46,804 nucleotides of DNA. It comes from Planctomycetota bacterium. GTDB lineage: Bacteria; Planctomycetota; B15-G4; JADJEK01. Below the pieces are notes generated by a model, which searched no databases, was not told the origin of the DNA, and was given only the letters and a program-made list of their open reading frames with translations. Positions 17,771-27,012 of the stretch are shown here, one piece after another. The stretch is from positions 1-46,804 of the forward strand of contig JBGAIQ010000045.1 of the NCBI GenBank assembly GCA_044225365.1, in the 5' to 3' direction. Numbering within the stretch: position 1 is the stretch's first letter; every line of letters starts with the position of its first letter. The position numbers and the translations under genes are program-made.

Positions 17771-19915
17771 TCAGCGCCCGACCTCCTTCGTGAATCGACC
17801 GCGGAGGGTCACCGCATGCGTTGCCGCGGCGGGGACGATGATCTCCTTCGGTTCGATTTCGAACCGCAACGACGGCGGACGGTCCGTCAGGTCCCTGAAG
17901 TATGCAGCGACCTCGTAGCGCCCTGGAATGAGCGCCGCTTCGAAGTCTGTACCGCCGGATCGCTCACGGCTCATCGAGAATCCATCCACCTCCGACTCGC
18001 TCGCGCCGCCGGAATCCTTCAACGGCCGCAGGTAGAAGTGGATCTGGAAATAATCCGGCTTCTCGCCGGACACCGCGTCACCCAATTCGAAGGGATCGAC
18101 GTGGATCGTGACCCGAGTCCGACTCGGCGCGAAATCCCGCAATGCCACGATTCGATGCTCGTTCGCTGCGATGAGAATCGGCTGCGGGACGAGCTCGTAC
18201 GACTGGATCACGCCCCCCAAATCTCGCTCGCTCCAGCTCTGCGCGTAGAGCCGGTACTCGCCGGGCCAGACACCCGTGATCCGAAACCGCCCGAGAGAGT
18301 CGGACCTGCAAACGAGCGGGAATAGCGTCGTGAAATCCGGAAATGGGTCGGGCAGACCCATCCCTATGGAGAGCTGGATCCTCGCGCCGGACACCGGTTC
18401 GCCGCGAGCATCACGAAGCGTGCCCTCGACGATGCCGCCGACCTCCAGGACGATCTCGAGATCGTCCAGTCCGACGGCGCCGACCTCGCGCGTATCCTCG
18501 TGCGAAAGGAAGCCCTGGGCACCCGCCCAGATCGTCACTTCACGTGGACGATCGATCCAGGCTTCGAAGCGACCGCTGTTTCCCTCCCCCGAGGTCTCTC
18601 GAGGCGTCATCGTCATGAACCGCACATCACCGTCCTTCGAGTCGATCGAGACTTGGTACGACTCGAGCGGAAGTCGGGGATCCGGAGAAAGGACCCTGCC
18701 GCGGATCCGCACGGGCATCTCCCCCTTCACGAGACGCAGGAGCGCCGAATCGTCTCCCGTCCGCGCCGATCCCACGACAGCGAAGCCCGAGTCCGCACGC
18801 TCGGCTCGCAGCTTCCATTCTCCGGGTGTCAGTCCGATGATCGAGAACTCGCCATTCGAGTCGGTCGTTCCCGATGGGGCGACGAGGACGAATCGATCCG
18901 CGATCTCGGGAATCGCCTGTCGCTCGTTCGCGGGGGCCCCTGCGCGGAGAAGTACACCGTCGGACGCACGAACCGTATATCCGACGAGAGGCTGATCGAA
19001 TTCGTCGACGACACGGCCGTGAATCGTTCCACGCGATTCGAGGACGATCTCGATCTTCCCCGTTGGCGGTACCGCGCGCCGAACCGCGACGAATCCATCG
19101 GCATGGAGGATGAGCGGCGCGCCGATCTCGACGGGCCCGAATCGAAAGTGCCCCTCGGAATCACACCGAGTCGAACGAGGATCCCCGTTGAGCCCTTCGA
19201 CGATCGTCGTCGCGATCGGCCGTTTCTCCGCATCCGTGACGACTCCGCTGACGACGATGCCATCCTCCAGCTTCAACGAGCCGAGATCGAAAGGCGATGC
19301 CGATGCGGTCGCTGGAATCTCGAATTGGCGCAACGGCGCGAACCGAGGGTGCTGGACCGAGAGATCTGCGGAATCGAAGGACGGTCGGTCGATCGTGAAT
19401 TCGCCATCATCGTTCGTGACCGCATTCGCTTCGATTCGTCCTGGCCCCATCGGGTCGTTCGTACGGATTCGGACGGATGCTCCCGCAACGACTCCTCCGC
19501 GCGAATCGACTACGCGACCTCGAACGCTCGGTGCTTCGACGAACCAACACGTTGGCGCGCTCGCTCGCGTCGTCGATCGCGGCAACCTCACGTCGAAGTA
19601 GCCTTTCACGTGGACTCGAAGCGCAGCCGCATCGACCGCCGTCGTCGCAACGAAATGGAAGAGGCCGTCGCTCTCTCGCGAGCACTCCGTTTCTCTCGCC
19701 GGGGAATGTGGATCCACGGACCGAACGATCACGGAATCGATCGGCGCCTGCGTGCGGAAGCTCCTCGCATCGAACCACGCCTCGACGCCATCCGCCGCGG
19801 AGGCCCCCGACTGGATCGAAACGAGCGCGATCACCGTGATCACACAAGATTGCAACGCGTGGATGATTGCGTGACGTAGCCGCGACTCGATTCTTGGGAT
19901 CCCGTCGATCGACAT
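17771..19915 (-). CDS. Exported protein with carboxypeptidase-regulatory-like (transthyretin-like) repeats
   Basis: Repeated G-x-V-x-D-x-x-G-x-P…A-x-V…T-x-x-x-G-x-F units; N-terminal hydrophobic segment ending ASAA; start uncertain. Confidence 0.75.
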   Translation of the reverse strand: MSIDGIPRIESRLRHAIIHALQSCVITVIALVSIQSGASAADGVEAWFDARSFRTQAPIDSVIVRSVDPHSPARETECSRESDGLFHFVATTAVDAAALRVHVKGYFDVRLPRSTTRASAPTCWFVEAPSVRGRVVDSRGGVVAGASVRIRTNDPMGPGRIEANAVTNDDGEFTIDRPSFDSADLSVQHPRFAPLRQFEIPATASASPFDLGSLKLEDGIVVSGVVTDAEKRPIATTIVEGLNGDPRSTRCDSEGHFRFGPVEIGAPLILHADGFVAVRRAVPPTGKIEIVLESRGTIHGRVVDEFDQPLVGYTVRASDGVLLRAGAPANERQAIPEIADRFVLVAPSGTTDSNGEFSIIGLTPGEWKLRAERADSGFAVVGSARTGDDSALLRLVKGEMPVRIRGRVLSPDPRLPLESYQVSIDSKDGDVRFMTMTPRETSGEGNSGRFEAWIDRPREVTIWAGAQGFLSHEDTREVGAVGLDDLEIVLEVGGIVEGTLRDARGEPVSGARIQLSIGMGLPDPFPDFTTLFPLVCRSDSLGRFRITGVWPGEYRLYAQSWSERDLGGVIQSYELVPQPILIAANEHRIVALRDFAPSRTRVTIHVDPFELGDAVSGEKPDYFQIHFYLRPLKDSGGASESEVDGFSMSRERSGGTDFEAALIPGRYEVAAYFRDLTDRPPSLRFEIEPKEIIVPAAATHAVTLRGRFTKEVGR

Positions 19916-19961
19916 CGAATCAGCACCTCTCGAGGTCTTCCGCGGTCCACCGCGGCCGTCC

Positions 19962-22265
19962 TCACTTCGCCTCGAAATGACCCCGCACGTCGAACGCGCA
20001 CGCCTCGCGCTCGGGCACGTCGATCGTCGCCGGGTCGACGACCCTCTTGGCACGAAAGGACCGCTGCCCGCTCCCGTGGAATTCGACCGCGTCGACGACC
20101 CATTCGTAGCGACCCGGGGCGACGTCCGGGAGGTCGATCCGACCGCCTTTCGACCCCATCACGAAATGGTGGGACTCGACGCGATCGCTCCCGACTCTTA
20201 GCAGAGTGAGTCTCAGCTCGCATTCGCGAGGCGGCGCGAGACCACCCTCTCGATCCCACGGCGCGATCGCGAGCGTCACCTGCGAGCGCAACGCGGCGCT
20301 GTCGGTGAGATCGATGCGGCGCGCCTCGAAATCGGTGAGCGTCGTTTGCTGCGGCATCACTACGAGCTCGCTGTCGATCCAGCGCGCTCCGGAGTACCGA
20401 CCCCGCCACGCCTTGATGCCGTAATTCCCCGCCCCGAGCCCGCCGATTCGGTAGTGGCCTGTGCGATCGGTCCTTCCGATCCCACGATCCTCGCGTGCGG
20501 CGCTCGGACCGCTCGCCTCGAAGCCGATGTCGACGCCTTCGAGCGGGCGCCCGTGCGGATCGCGCAGGAATCCCTCGACGACCGCGCCTTCGTCGAGCAG
20601 GACGTCGAAACCGTCGCGACCGAGCGCAGGCACGACGCAATCCTCCGAGACCGCCTTCTTGAATCCGTCGCCTTGGCATTCGATCGCGATCGTTCGCGGG
20701 CGGTCGATCCATACTTCGAAAGCGCCGGTGGCCGCATCGAGGACCCGTCCCTGGCGGATCACCGGGTCGCTCGCGCCTTCTCTCTCGGCCGCAGGCAGGA
20801 CGGCGGCGATGCGAAACTCGGGAACGGGTCGTCCGTCGATCCGCGAGAGCGCTCTACCACGCACTCGCACGGGGGATTCGCCGGGCCGCGCCCGCAGGAC
20901 GATCTCGGCGTCGGCCGTGGAACCCTCGCCTTCGATCCCGAAGCCGCGGCTCTCGCTCCTCGCGCGCAAGCGCCAGATCCCGGGGACGACCCCGTCGATG
21001 ACGAACGATCCGTCCTTGCTGCTCGTCACTCTCGACCGCGGCTTCATCTCGCCATCGGCAAACTGCGCCTGCGATTCCGAAAGACCGATCGCGCGCGACC
21101 GCTCGCGCGCTTCCACCGCGAATCCTTCGAGCGGCAAGCCCGCTTCGTCCAGCACTCGACCACGGAGCACGCCGAGCGGAACGAGAGCGAACTCGATCCC
21201 CTGCGACGCCGCCGATGCGGAAACGAGGAGCAGCTTCTGCGGAACGAACCCGTCCACCGCGGCGATGAGTTCGCTACCGTCCTGCACCGGTCCGAACTCG
21301 AAAGCACCCGTGGCGTCCGTCGCAGTCGATCGCGGATCCGTCCGACTACGAATGCGCGCGCCCGCGATGGGACGACCGAGGACTCGCGGAACGGCGGTCG
21401 CGTCGGTGCACGCCACGACCCGTCCCCGAACCACGTATCCACGCTCCAATACGATGTCGGCGACGGAACGCGGCTCCGAGCCGAGGAACTGCGCGTACTC
21501 GCCGTCGCAGACTCCCGGCGCGAACCCATCGCGCGAGGCGACGATCCGCTGGCGCTGCCACGGCCGTACCTCGATCGCATAGCGTCCGTTCGGATCCGTG
21601 AGGATGGGATCCGCTTCGACATCGCCGGAGTTCGGCGGGTAGATCTCGATGCGTGCACTCTCGATCGGCGAACCCTGGGCATCGACGACCCGCCCGCGGA
21701 TCTCGACGAGTCGCCGCAATACGACCCGTTCCGGAAGCTCCGCCGTGCCGCCCGCGGGCACGCTGCCGATCGTGAAGTGCGCGGCCAGGACGTGCGAGAA
21801 GCTTCCGTCGCGACGCAGAGGCGCATGAAACCATCCCGACGGACCGCGCGCGACCGATAGGAATCGTGTCGTGCTTCCGCGCGGCGTCACTTCGACGCGG
21901 ACGATCGGCAGCCGTTCGCCGCTCTCCTCGTCGAAGACGTCGAAGTAGCTCGGGATCCCGTCGTAGGCAGTCGAATCGAAGTCGACGGGCAGGTTCGCCT
22001 CGGATGTCGTCGGCGCCGCATTCACGGGTTCTTGCGGCCGCGCATCGTTCGTGTCCGTGAGCGTGCGAACGATCGAACCATCCGGCGAAGCGACGGCATT
22101 CGCCGCCTCAGCGGGTGTGCTCGGGCGAAGATTCTGAGGAGAGTCGACCGGACCGCGCGTCCACAACAGCATGCCGACCGCGACCACGAGGCCGATCGCG
22201 GCGACGCCGACCAGCGATCGGTCGCGGTTGCCTCGCGGTTTCGAAACGCGGGGTCGATCGTTCAT
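19962..22265 (-). CDS. Membrane-anchored protein with carboxypeptidase-regulatory-like repeats
   Basis: Start MNDRPRV, one transmembrane helix (LVGVAAIGLVVAVGMLLW), repeated GRVVD-x-x-G-x-PI units; resembles the adjacent 17771-19915 gene. Confidence 0.8.
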   Translation of the reverse strand: MNDRPRVSKPRGNRDRSLVGVAAIGLVVAVGMLLWTRGPVDSPQNLRPSTPAEAANAVASPDGSIVRTLTDTNDARPQEPVNAAPTTSEANLPVDFDSTAYDGIPSYFDVFDEESGERLPIVRVEVTPRGSTTRFLSVARGPSGWFHAPLRRDGSFSHVLAAHFTIGSVPAGGTAELPERVVLRRLVEIRGRVVDAQGSPIESARIEIYPPNSGDVEADPILTDPNGRYAIEVRPWQRQRIVASRDGFAPGVCDGEYAQFLGSEPRSVADIVLERGYVVRGRVVACTDATAVPRVLGRPIAGARIRSRTDPRSTATDATGAFEFGPVQDGSELIAAVDGFVPQKLLLVSASAASQGIEFALVPLGVLRGRVLDEAGLPLEGFAVEARERSRAIGLSESQAQFADGEMKPRSRVTSSKDGSFVIDGVVPGIWRLRARSESRGFGIEGEGSTADAEIVLRARPGESPVRVRGRALSRIDGRPVPEFRIAAVLPAAEREGASDPVIRQGRVLDAATGAFEVWIDRPRTIAIECQGDGFKKAVSEDCVVPALGRDGFDVLLDEGAVVEGFLRDPHGRPLEGVDIGFEASGPSAAREDRGIGRTDRTGHYRIGGLGAGNYGIKAWRGRYSGARWIDSELVVMPQQTTLTDFEARRIDLTDSAALRSQVTLAIAPWDREGGLAPPRECELRLTLLRVGSDRVESHHFVMGSKGGRIDLPDVAPGRYEWVVDAVEFHGSGQRSFRAKRVVDPATIDVPEREACAFDVRGHFEAK

Positions 22266-22361
22266 CCTGCGAGCGCTCCGTTGCGAACCGCGTGAGTTCG
22301 CAGATCGCACCGTTGTTATTGAGGATTGGAACCGGCGCCGCCGATCGCGACAATCCCCCCC

Positions 22362-23318
22362 ATGCGAAGTGTCTGCCTCTGGGGTTCTGCCGAGCACGCG
22401 ACCGCCGACGACGAAGCACGCCTTCTGGAAGCGATCGGGGCGATCGGCTGTATCGCGACGGCGCTGCCGCGTGACGCCGCGCCGCCGGAATCGGCGCACG
22501 CGATCGTCATCAACACCAAGCGTGCGGTCTCGAAGCAGGATCTCGCGGCGATGCCGTCGCTGCGGCTCGTCGTCACCACCACGTCCGGCTACGACCACAT
22601 CGACCTTTCGGCGTGTGCGGCGCGCGGCGTGCGCGTGGCGCGCTGCGCGCTCGCGCGGCGCGACGCGGTCGTGGAGACCAGCGTCGCGATGGCGCTCGGC
22701 CTGCTGCGTCGCCTGCCCGAACTTCTGCGCGACGCCGAAGCCGGCCGCTGGGTGCGCAAGGAAGTGAACGCGCGGCGCATGCCCTCGCTCCTCGGAGCGG
22801 CAGGTCGCACGATCGGGGTCGTCGGCATGGGCGTGATCGGGCGCCACGCGCGGGATGTGTGGCAGGGTTTCGGCAACCCCGTCGTCGCGTGCGATCCCGC
22901 CGTTCCCGGCCTCGCCCCGCTCGACGACGTGCTCGCCCGTGCCGACGTCCTCACCCTGCATTGCTCGCTCACTCGCAGTTCGCATCGCTTGCTCGATGCC
23001 GCGCGCATCGCGAAGCTGAAGCCGGGCGCCATCGTGATCAACACCGCGCGCGGCGAATGCATCGATCTGCCCGCGCTGCTCGCGGCGAAGCACCTCGGCG
23101 GCATCGGCCTCGACGTCTTCGAACCCGAACCTCCCGGCGATCTCGCGGCGATCGCGCGACACGACAACGTCTTCGTCACGCCGCACTCGGCCGGTTATTG
23201 CGACGACCTCTCCGCGCGGATCGAACGCGAGGTGGTGGTCACGCTCGGTGCGTTCGTGCGCGGCGAAGCGATTCCCAACGAGGTCACAGCGCTCGCGGAC
23301 GGCCTGCCTGTCACTTGA
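22362..23318 (+). CDS. D-isomer-specific 2-hydroxyacid dehydrogenase family protein
   Basis: SGYDHID, GVVGMGVIG (Rossmann fold), INTARG, LDVFEPEP and TPHSAG, which supply the Arg/Glu/His catalytic set. Confidence 0.9.
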   Translation: MRSVCLWGSAEHATADDEARLLEAIGAIGCIATALPRDAAPPESAHAIVINTKRAVSKQDLAAMPSLRLVVTTTSGYDHIDLSACAARGVRVARCALARRDAVVETSVAMALGLLRRLPELLRDAEAGRWVRKEVNARRMPSLLGAAGRTIGVVGMGVIGRHARDVWQGFGNPVVACDPAVPGLAPLDDVLARADVLTLHCSLTRSSHRLLDAARIAKLKPGAIVINTARGECIDLPALLAAKHLGGIGLDVFEPEPPGDLAAIARHDNVFVTPHSAGYCDDLSARIEREVVVTLGAFVRGEAIPNEVTALADGLPVT

Positions 23319-24015
23319 TCGGCGCCGGGAAGTCCTCGCCGACCGCCTCGGTCCGCTCGCCGCGGATCGCGAGGTTCTTGAACATCCCCGTGTCGTCGAA
23401 GCTGCCGACGCCGATGCGGCCGGCGGAGATCGTCGTGTCGACGGCTTCGAGGATCGCGTGCTCCATGTCGTCGAAGAATACGCGGATCGATCCCGTCGTC
23501 GCATTGCGCACGATGCGAACGTGGTGCCACGCCCCGTTTCCCCACGTCACCCCGGTCGACTGCGGCGGCAGCAGATTACGCCGCGCCGCGTGATCGACGA
23601 GGAACACATTGTGCGCGTTGGCGTCTGGCGTCGACGCAAGGTGAACGTAGTAGAAGCGCTCCCGCGACTCGAAGCCGAAGAAGAAGCAGAGATCGCGATG
23701 GGCGTACTCGGGCCCCGTCTGCTTCACGTCGACGTCGAGCTGGAAGTCGCGGAAGGTCGCGCCGCGAACGAGCGCGATGGAATGGGGTGAGCGGAACGGC
23801 GGCTCGTACTTGCTGTCGCGCACGAGCTCCAGCGCCGCGTCCGCGTTCGCCACTCGCCACGCCGCGGGCTCCGTGAACGAGAACGAGGTCTCGGCCGTCG
23901 GCACCGCGAGCAGCGGGGATTCCGCCGGCGGCGCGGACCCGCAGGCCGCGAACGCAAGCAGGGTCACGAGGCCGAGGCCGGCGGAGGGACGCCCACCGAT
24001 GCATCGTCCGAACAT
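23311..24015 (-). CDS. Putative lipoprotein with a ConA/LamG-like (DUF1080-like) domain
   Basis: Lipobox-like LAFAA-C; FRDFQLDVDVK, FYYVH, WHHVRI and GRIGVGSFDD motifs. Confidence 0.75.
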   Translation of the reverse strand: MFGRCIGGRPSAGLGLVTLLAFAACGSAPPAESPLLAVPTAETSFSFTEPAAWRVANADAALELVRDSKYEPPFRSPHSIALVRGATFRDFQLDVDVKQTGPEYAHRDLCFFFGFESRERFYYVHLASTPDANAHNVFLVDHAARRNLLPPQSTGVTWGNGAWHHVRIVRNATTGSIRVFFDDMEHAILEAVDTTISAGRIGVGSFDDTGMFKNLAIRGERTEAVGEDFPAPIK

Positions 24016-24061
24016 GGCTCGAATCCTCCGTTTCGGTTCGGGAGCGCCAACGGCCGATAGT

Positions 24062-24099
24062 TTGCAGCGGTCGCGAAGCCGTGCTACATTTCGCGACCG
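24062..24099 (+). promoter_or_regulatory. Putative sigma70 promoter of the ABC operon with an overlapping inverted repeat
   Basis: TTGCAG-N17-TACATT with an extended -10 TG; a perfect inverted repeat CGGTCGCGAA-N12-TTCGCGACCG (24068-24099) straddles the -10 element. Confidence 0.5.
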
Positions 24100-24173
24100 G
24101 TCAGCGGACGGGATCCCGGCGCAGGATCCTCGTCCTTCTTTCGGTTCGCGACAATCAGAATCGGGAATCTCGA

Positions 24174-25334
24174 ATGAGCCAATCATTTCGTCTCGTGGCG
24201 GCGTTTGCGACGTTCCTCGTGGGGATCACGGTATTGAACGGAAGCCTGAACCAGCGGTGGTTCGAGCACCGCGAACGAGCGAAGATGACGGTCGGCTATC
24301 TGCCCGTCACCTGACACCTCACGTGTCCAGTCACCAGTTGGGTGACTCAACATTCTGAATCGGGAACCGACTTCGTGTCGAAGCGGTTCACGGGCTTTCC
24401 GGCGATCGTCGACGCGATCAACGCGCGCGACCTCGATGCGACGTTCATGCTCGCACCGCTCGCGATGGTGCTGGCGCGCGAGGGCTCGCGACCGGTTCGC
24501 ATCGTCCACCTCGGCCACCGCGACGGAACGGCGCTCGTGGTCCCCAAGGATTCGCCCTACAAGACGTTTGCCGACCTGCGCGGGAAGAAGATCGCGATCC
24601 CGCATCGCTACTCCAACCAGCGGATCCTCATCGAGAAGCTGAAGGATCAATTCGGATTCACGGACAACGACGTCACGCTCATCGACTACGCGCCGCCGGA
24701 GATGCCCGCCGCCTTGAAGGCAGGGTCGTTCGACGCATTCATCGTCGGTGAGCCCAACTGCGCAAAGGCGGAGCTCGGTGGTTACGGGCGGGTGATGTAC
24801 CTCACGAAGGACATCTGGCCCAACTTCATCTCGTGCGTGCTCGTCGTCGCAAAGGACGCGATCGACTCCAAGCCGGGGCTCGTCCAAGAGCTCGTCACAG
24901 GGATCACGTCGAGCGGTTACTGGATCGATCAGGGACCACAGGACAAGATGCTCGAGGGCATCTACCTCGATGACGATCCCGCCCTACCCAAGGATCAGAT
25001 CGGGTTGAAGGATCCCTTCGAGCGGCAGAAGATCATCGTCATGAAGAAGGACTTCGGCCTTTCGACGCGCATGCAGGCCGCGCAGATCGGTGGCCTCTTC
25101 TACGGCCAGCCGCCCGACCTGTTGAAGTACGTGCTCTCGTCGCCTCCCGACCGTGTTCGCTACGTCGATTTGATGCTGGCGAAGAAGGATTTCGAGGAGA
25201 TCCAGAAATACGCCGAGCGCCTCAAGTTCTTCTCGAAGCGCCCGGTGACCGAAGCGGATCCCTTCCGCTTCGAGGACTACACCGACGATCGATTCGAGAA
25301 GGGCAGCATGCGCGCGATGCCCTATCGGAATTGA
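24174..25334 (+). CDS. NitT/TauT (CmpA/NrtA/SsuA-like) ABC substrate-binding protein; probable selenoprotein (386 aa, U47)
   Basis: Track ORFs 24081-24314 and 24342-25334 are in the same frame, separated only by TGA 24312-24314. The joined protein has an N-terminal anchor, MTVGYLPVT-U-HLTCPV, then LDATFMLAPL, GHRDG, DLRGKKIAIP and GEP. A SECIS-like hairpin follows the TGA. Confidence 0.85.
24323..24353 (+). promoter_or_regulatory. Putative bacterial SECIS element
   Basis: Upper stem AGTCACC (24329-24335) pairs with GGTGACT (24341-24347); loop AGTTG has G then U at positions 2-3 and begins 21 nt after the UGA; lower stem GTGT/ACAT. Confidence 0.75.
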
Positions 25335-25348
25335 CGAGGATTCGAACG

Positions 25349-26143
25349 ATGCGCTTACGCACCTGGCTCTTGGGAATCGTCGGCATCGCGATCACGCTCG
25401 CGGCCTGGCAGATCGCGACGTGGGGCAACGGGATCAACGACATCCCAGGCCCGTGGCTGTCCTTCAAAGGCCTGATGGAAATCGCCCGCGCTGGCGTGCT
25501 GTGGCAGAACTGCGTGGCGTCGATCTTCCGCGTCGCGTGGGGATTCTGCCTCGCGGCGGGTGTCGGCATCCCGCTCGGCGTCGCCATGGGCTGGTGGCTC
25601 GGAACGCGGGAAGGCGCGAATCCAGTCGTCCAGATCCTGCGTCCGGTCTCTCCGATCGCCTGGTTGCCGTTCGCGACGGTGATGTTCGGCGGCAAGGACG
25701 TGGTCCTGGGCGGCCGCACGCTCTTCGAATCGTCGGACCTCGCTGCAATCTTCCTGATCTTCCTCGCGTCGCTCTTCCCCATCGTGACCGCGACGACGTC
25801 GGCGGTGCGATCGATCGACCAGAAGTTCCTGCGCTCAGCGGCGAATTTCGGAATCGAAGGCGCAGAGTTGTTTCGCCGAGTGATCCTGCCTGCGGCAATG
25901 CCACAGATCCTCACTGGCCTGCGTCTCGCTCTCGGAATCGCATGGGTCGTGATCGTCGCCGCCGAAATGAACGGCGTACAGCACGGTCTCGGCTACCAGG
26001 TGAACGACTCGCGCAACAACCTCCGCTTCGACTACGTCGCAGCGGCGATGATCGTGATCGGATTCACCGGCTTGATCCTCGACACGCTCATGACGCGACT
26101 CGAGAACGCCTCGCTCTCGCGCCGGGGGATGACCCGCAAATGA
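25349..26143 (+). CDS. NitT/TauT-family ABC transporter permease
   Basis: GAGGA RBS; LRPVSPIAWLP, EAA-like loop (SAANFG…LFRRVILPAAMPQILTGLR), AAEM…GLGY. Confidence 0.92.
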   Translation: MRLRTWLLGIVGIAITLAAWQIATWGNGINDIPGPWLSFKGLMEIARAGVLWQNCVASIFRVAWGFCLAAGVGIPLGVAMGWWLGTREGANPVVQILRPVSPIAWLPFATVMFGGKDVVLGGRTLFESSDLAAIFLIFLASLFPIVTATTSAVRSIDQKFLRSAANFGIEGAELFRRVILPAAMPQILTGLRLALGIAWVVIVAAEMNGVQHGLGYQVNDSRNNLRFDYVAAAMIVIGFTGLILDTLMTRLENASLSRRGMTRK

Positions 26144-26895
26144 ACGCCAAGATCCGCATTCGCAAAGCGAGCAAGACGTTCGCCACGAAGAAGGGCGACG
26201 TGCATGTGCTCGACGGCGTCGACCTCGAAGTGCGAGAAGGCGAGTTCCTCGCGATCGTCGGCCCCTCGGGCTGCGGGAAGTCGACGCTCCTGAACTGCAT
26301 GGCTGCGTTCGAGCACATCTCGAAGGGATCCATCCAGATCGACGGCGAAGAGGTCGAGAAACCGTCGAAGAAGCGCGTCTTCGTGTTCCAGGAGACGGGG
26401 ATCTTTCCTTGGTTCTCGGTGTGGGACAACATCGGCTTCGGGCTCGGCAAGAAGATGCCGTTCGACGAGAAGCACGCGATCGTGATGAAATACATCAAGC
26501 TCGTCGGCCTCGACGGGTTCGAGAAGGCGTATCCCTCGGAGCTGTCGGGCGGCATGAAGCAGCGCGTCGAGTTCGCGCGCGCGCTCGCGGTCGATCCCGA
26601 CGTGCTCTACCTCGATGAGCCGTTCGGCGCGCTCGACGCGTTCACGCGCATCGAGATGCGGCGCGAGATCGTGCGGATCTGGCAGGAGACGAAGAAGACC
26701 TGCATCCTCGTCACCCACGACGTGGAGGAGGCTCTCGAACTCTCCGACCGCGTGGCGGTGATGACGAAGCGTCCCGCGACGATCCACTCGGTGATCGACA
26801 ATCCACTACCGCGCCCGCGCGACACGGACCATGCCGATCTGCGTGCCATGAAGCATCAGATCTGGCAGATCCTCGGCGTCGAACGCCGCAAGTAA
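26140..26895 (+). CDS. NitT/TauT-family ABC transporter ATP-binding protein
   Basis: ATGA overlap with the permease; Walker A GPSGCGKST, signature LSGGMKQR, Walker B LYLDEPFGALD, VTHDVEEA. Confidence 0.95.
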   Translation: MNAKIRIRKASKTFATKKGDVHVLDGVDLEVREGEFLAIVGPSGCGKSTLLNCMAAFEHISKGSIQIDGEEVEKPSKKRVFVFQETGIFPWFSVWDNIGFGLGKKMPFDEKHAIVMKYIKLVGLDGFEKAYPSELSGGMKQRVEFARALAVDPDVLYLDEPFGALDAFTRIEMRREIVRIWQETKKTCILVTHDVEEALELSDRVAVMTKRPATIHSVIDNPLPRPRDTDHADLRAMKHQIWQILGVERRK

Positions 26896-27012
26896 CGCTT
26901 CGACGCACGAATCGTCCGCCACGGCCGTTTCCTGCGTTGGCGTGCGCCTGTTTCCGCGTTCCTCATCGGAGCCCGGACGCGCGTACTCCATTCATGGGAA
27001 GCGAGAAGAACC

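Noticed and set aside
22266-23504. N-terminal extension of the 1180-aa ORF
   Set aside because: It is antisense to the dehydrogenase gene, which has clear catalytic motifs.
24312-24314. The TGA as a simple nonsense mutation, or as Trp/Gly under an alternative genetic code
   Set aside because: TGA is the normal stop for many genes here (including the ATGA overlaps) and Trp is TGG, so the code is standard. The SECIS-like hairpin, the nearby Cys and the intact partner genes favour Sec. A pseudogene is not fully excluded without homolog data.
24342-25334. The 330-aa ORF starting at GTG 24342 as the complete binding protein
   Set aside because: It has no RBS, no export signal and no first beta strand, and the GTG lies inside the hairpin stem.
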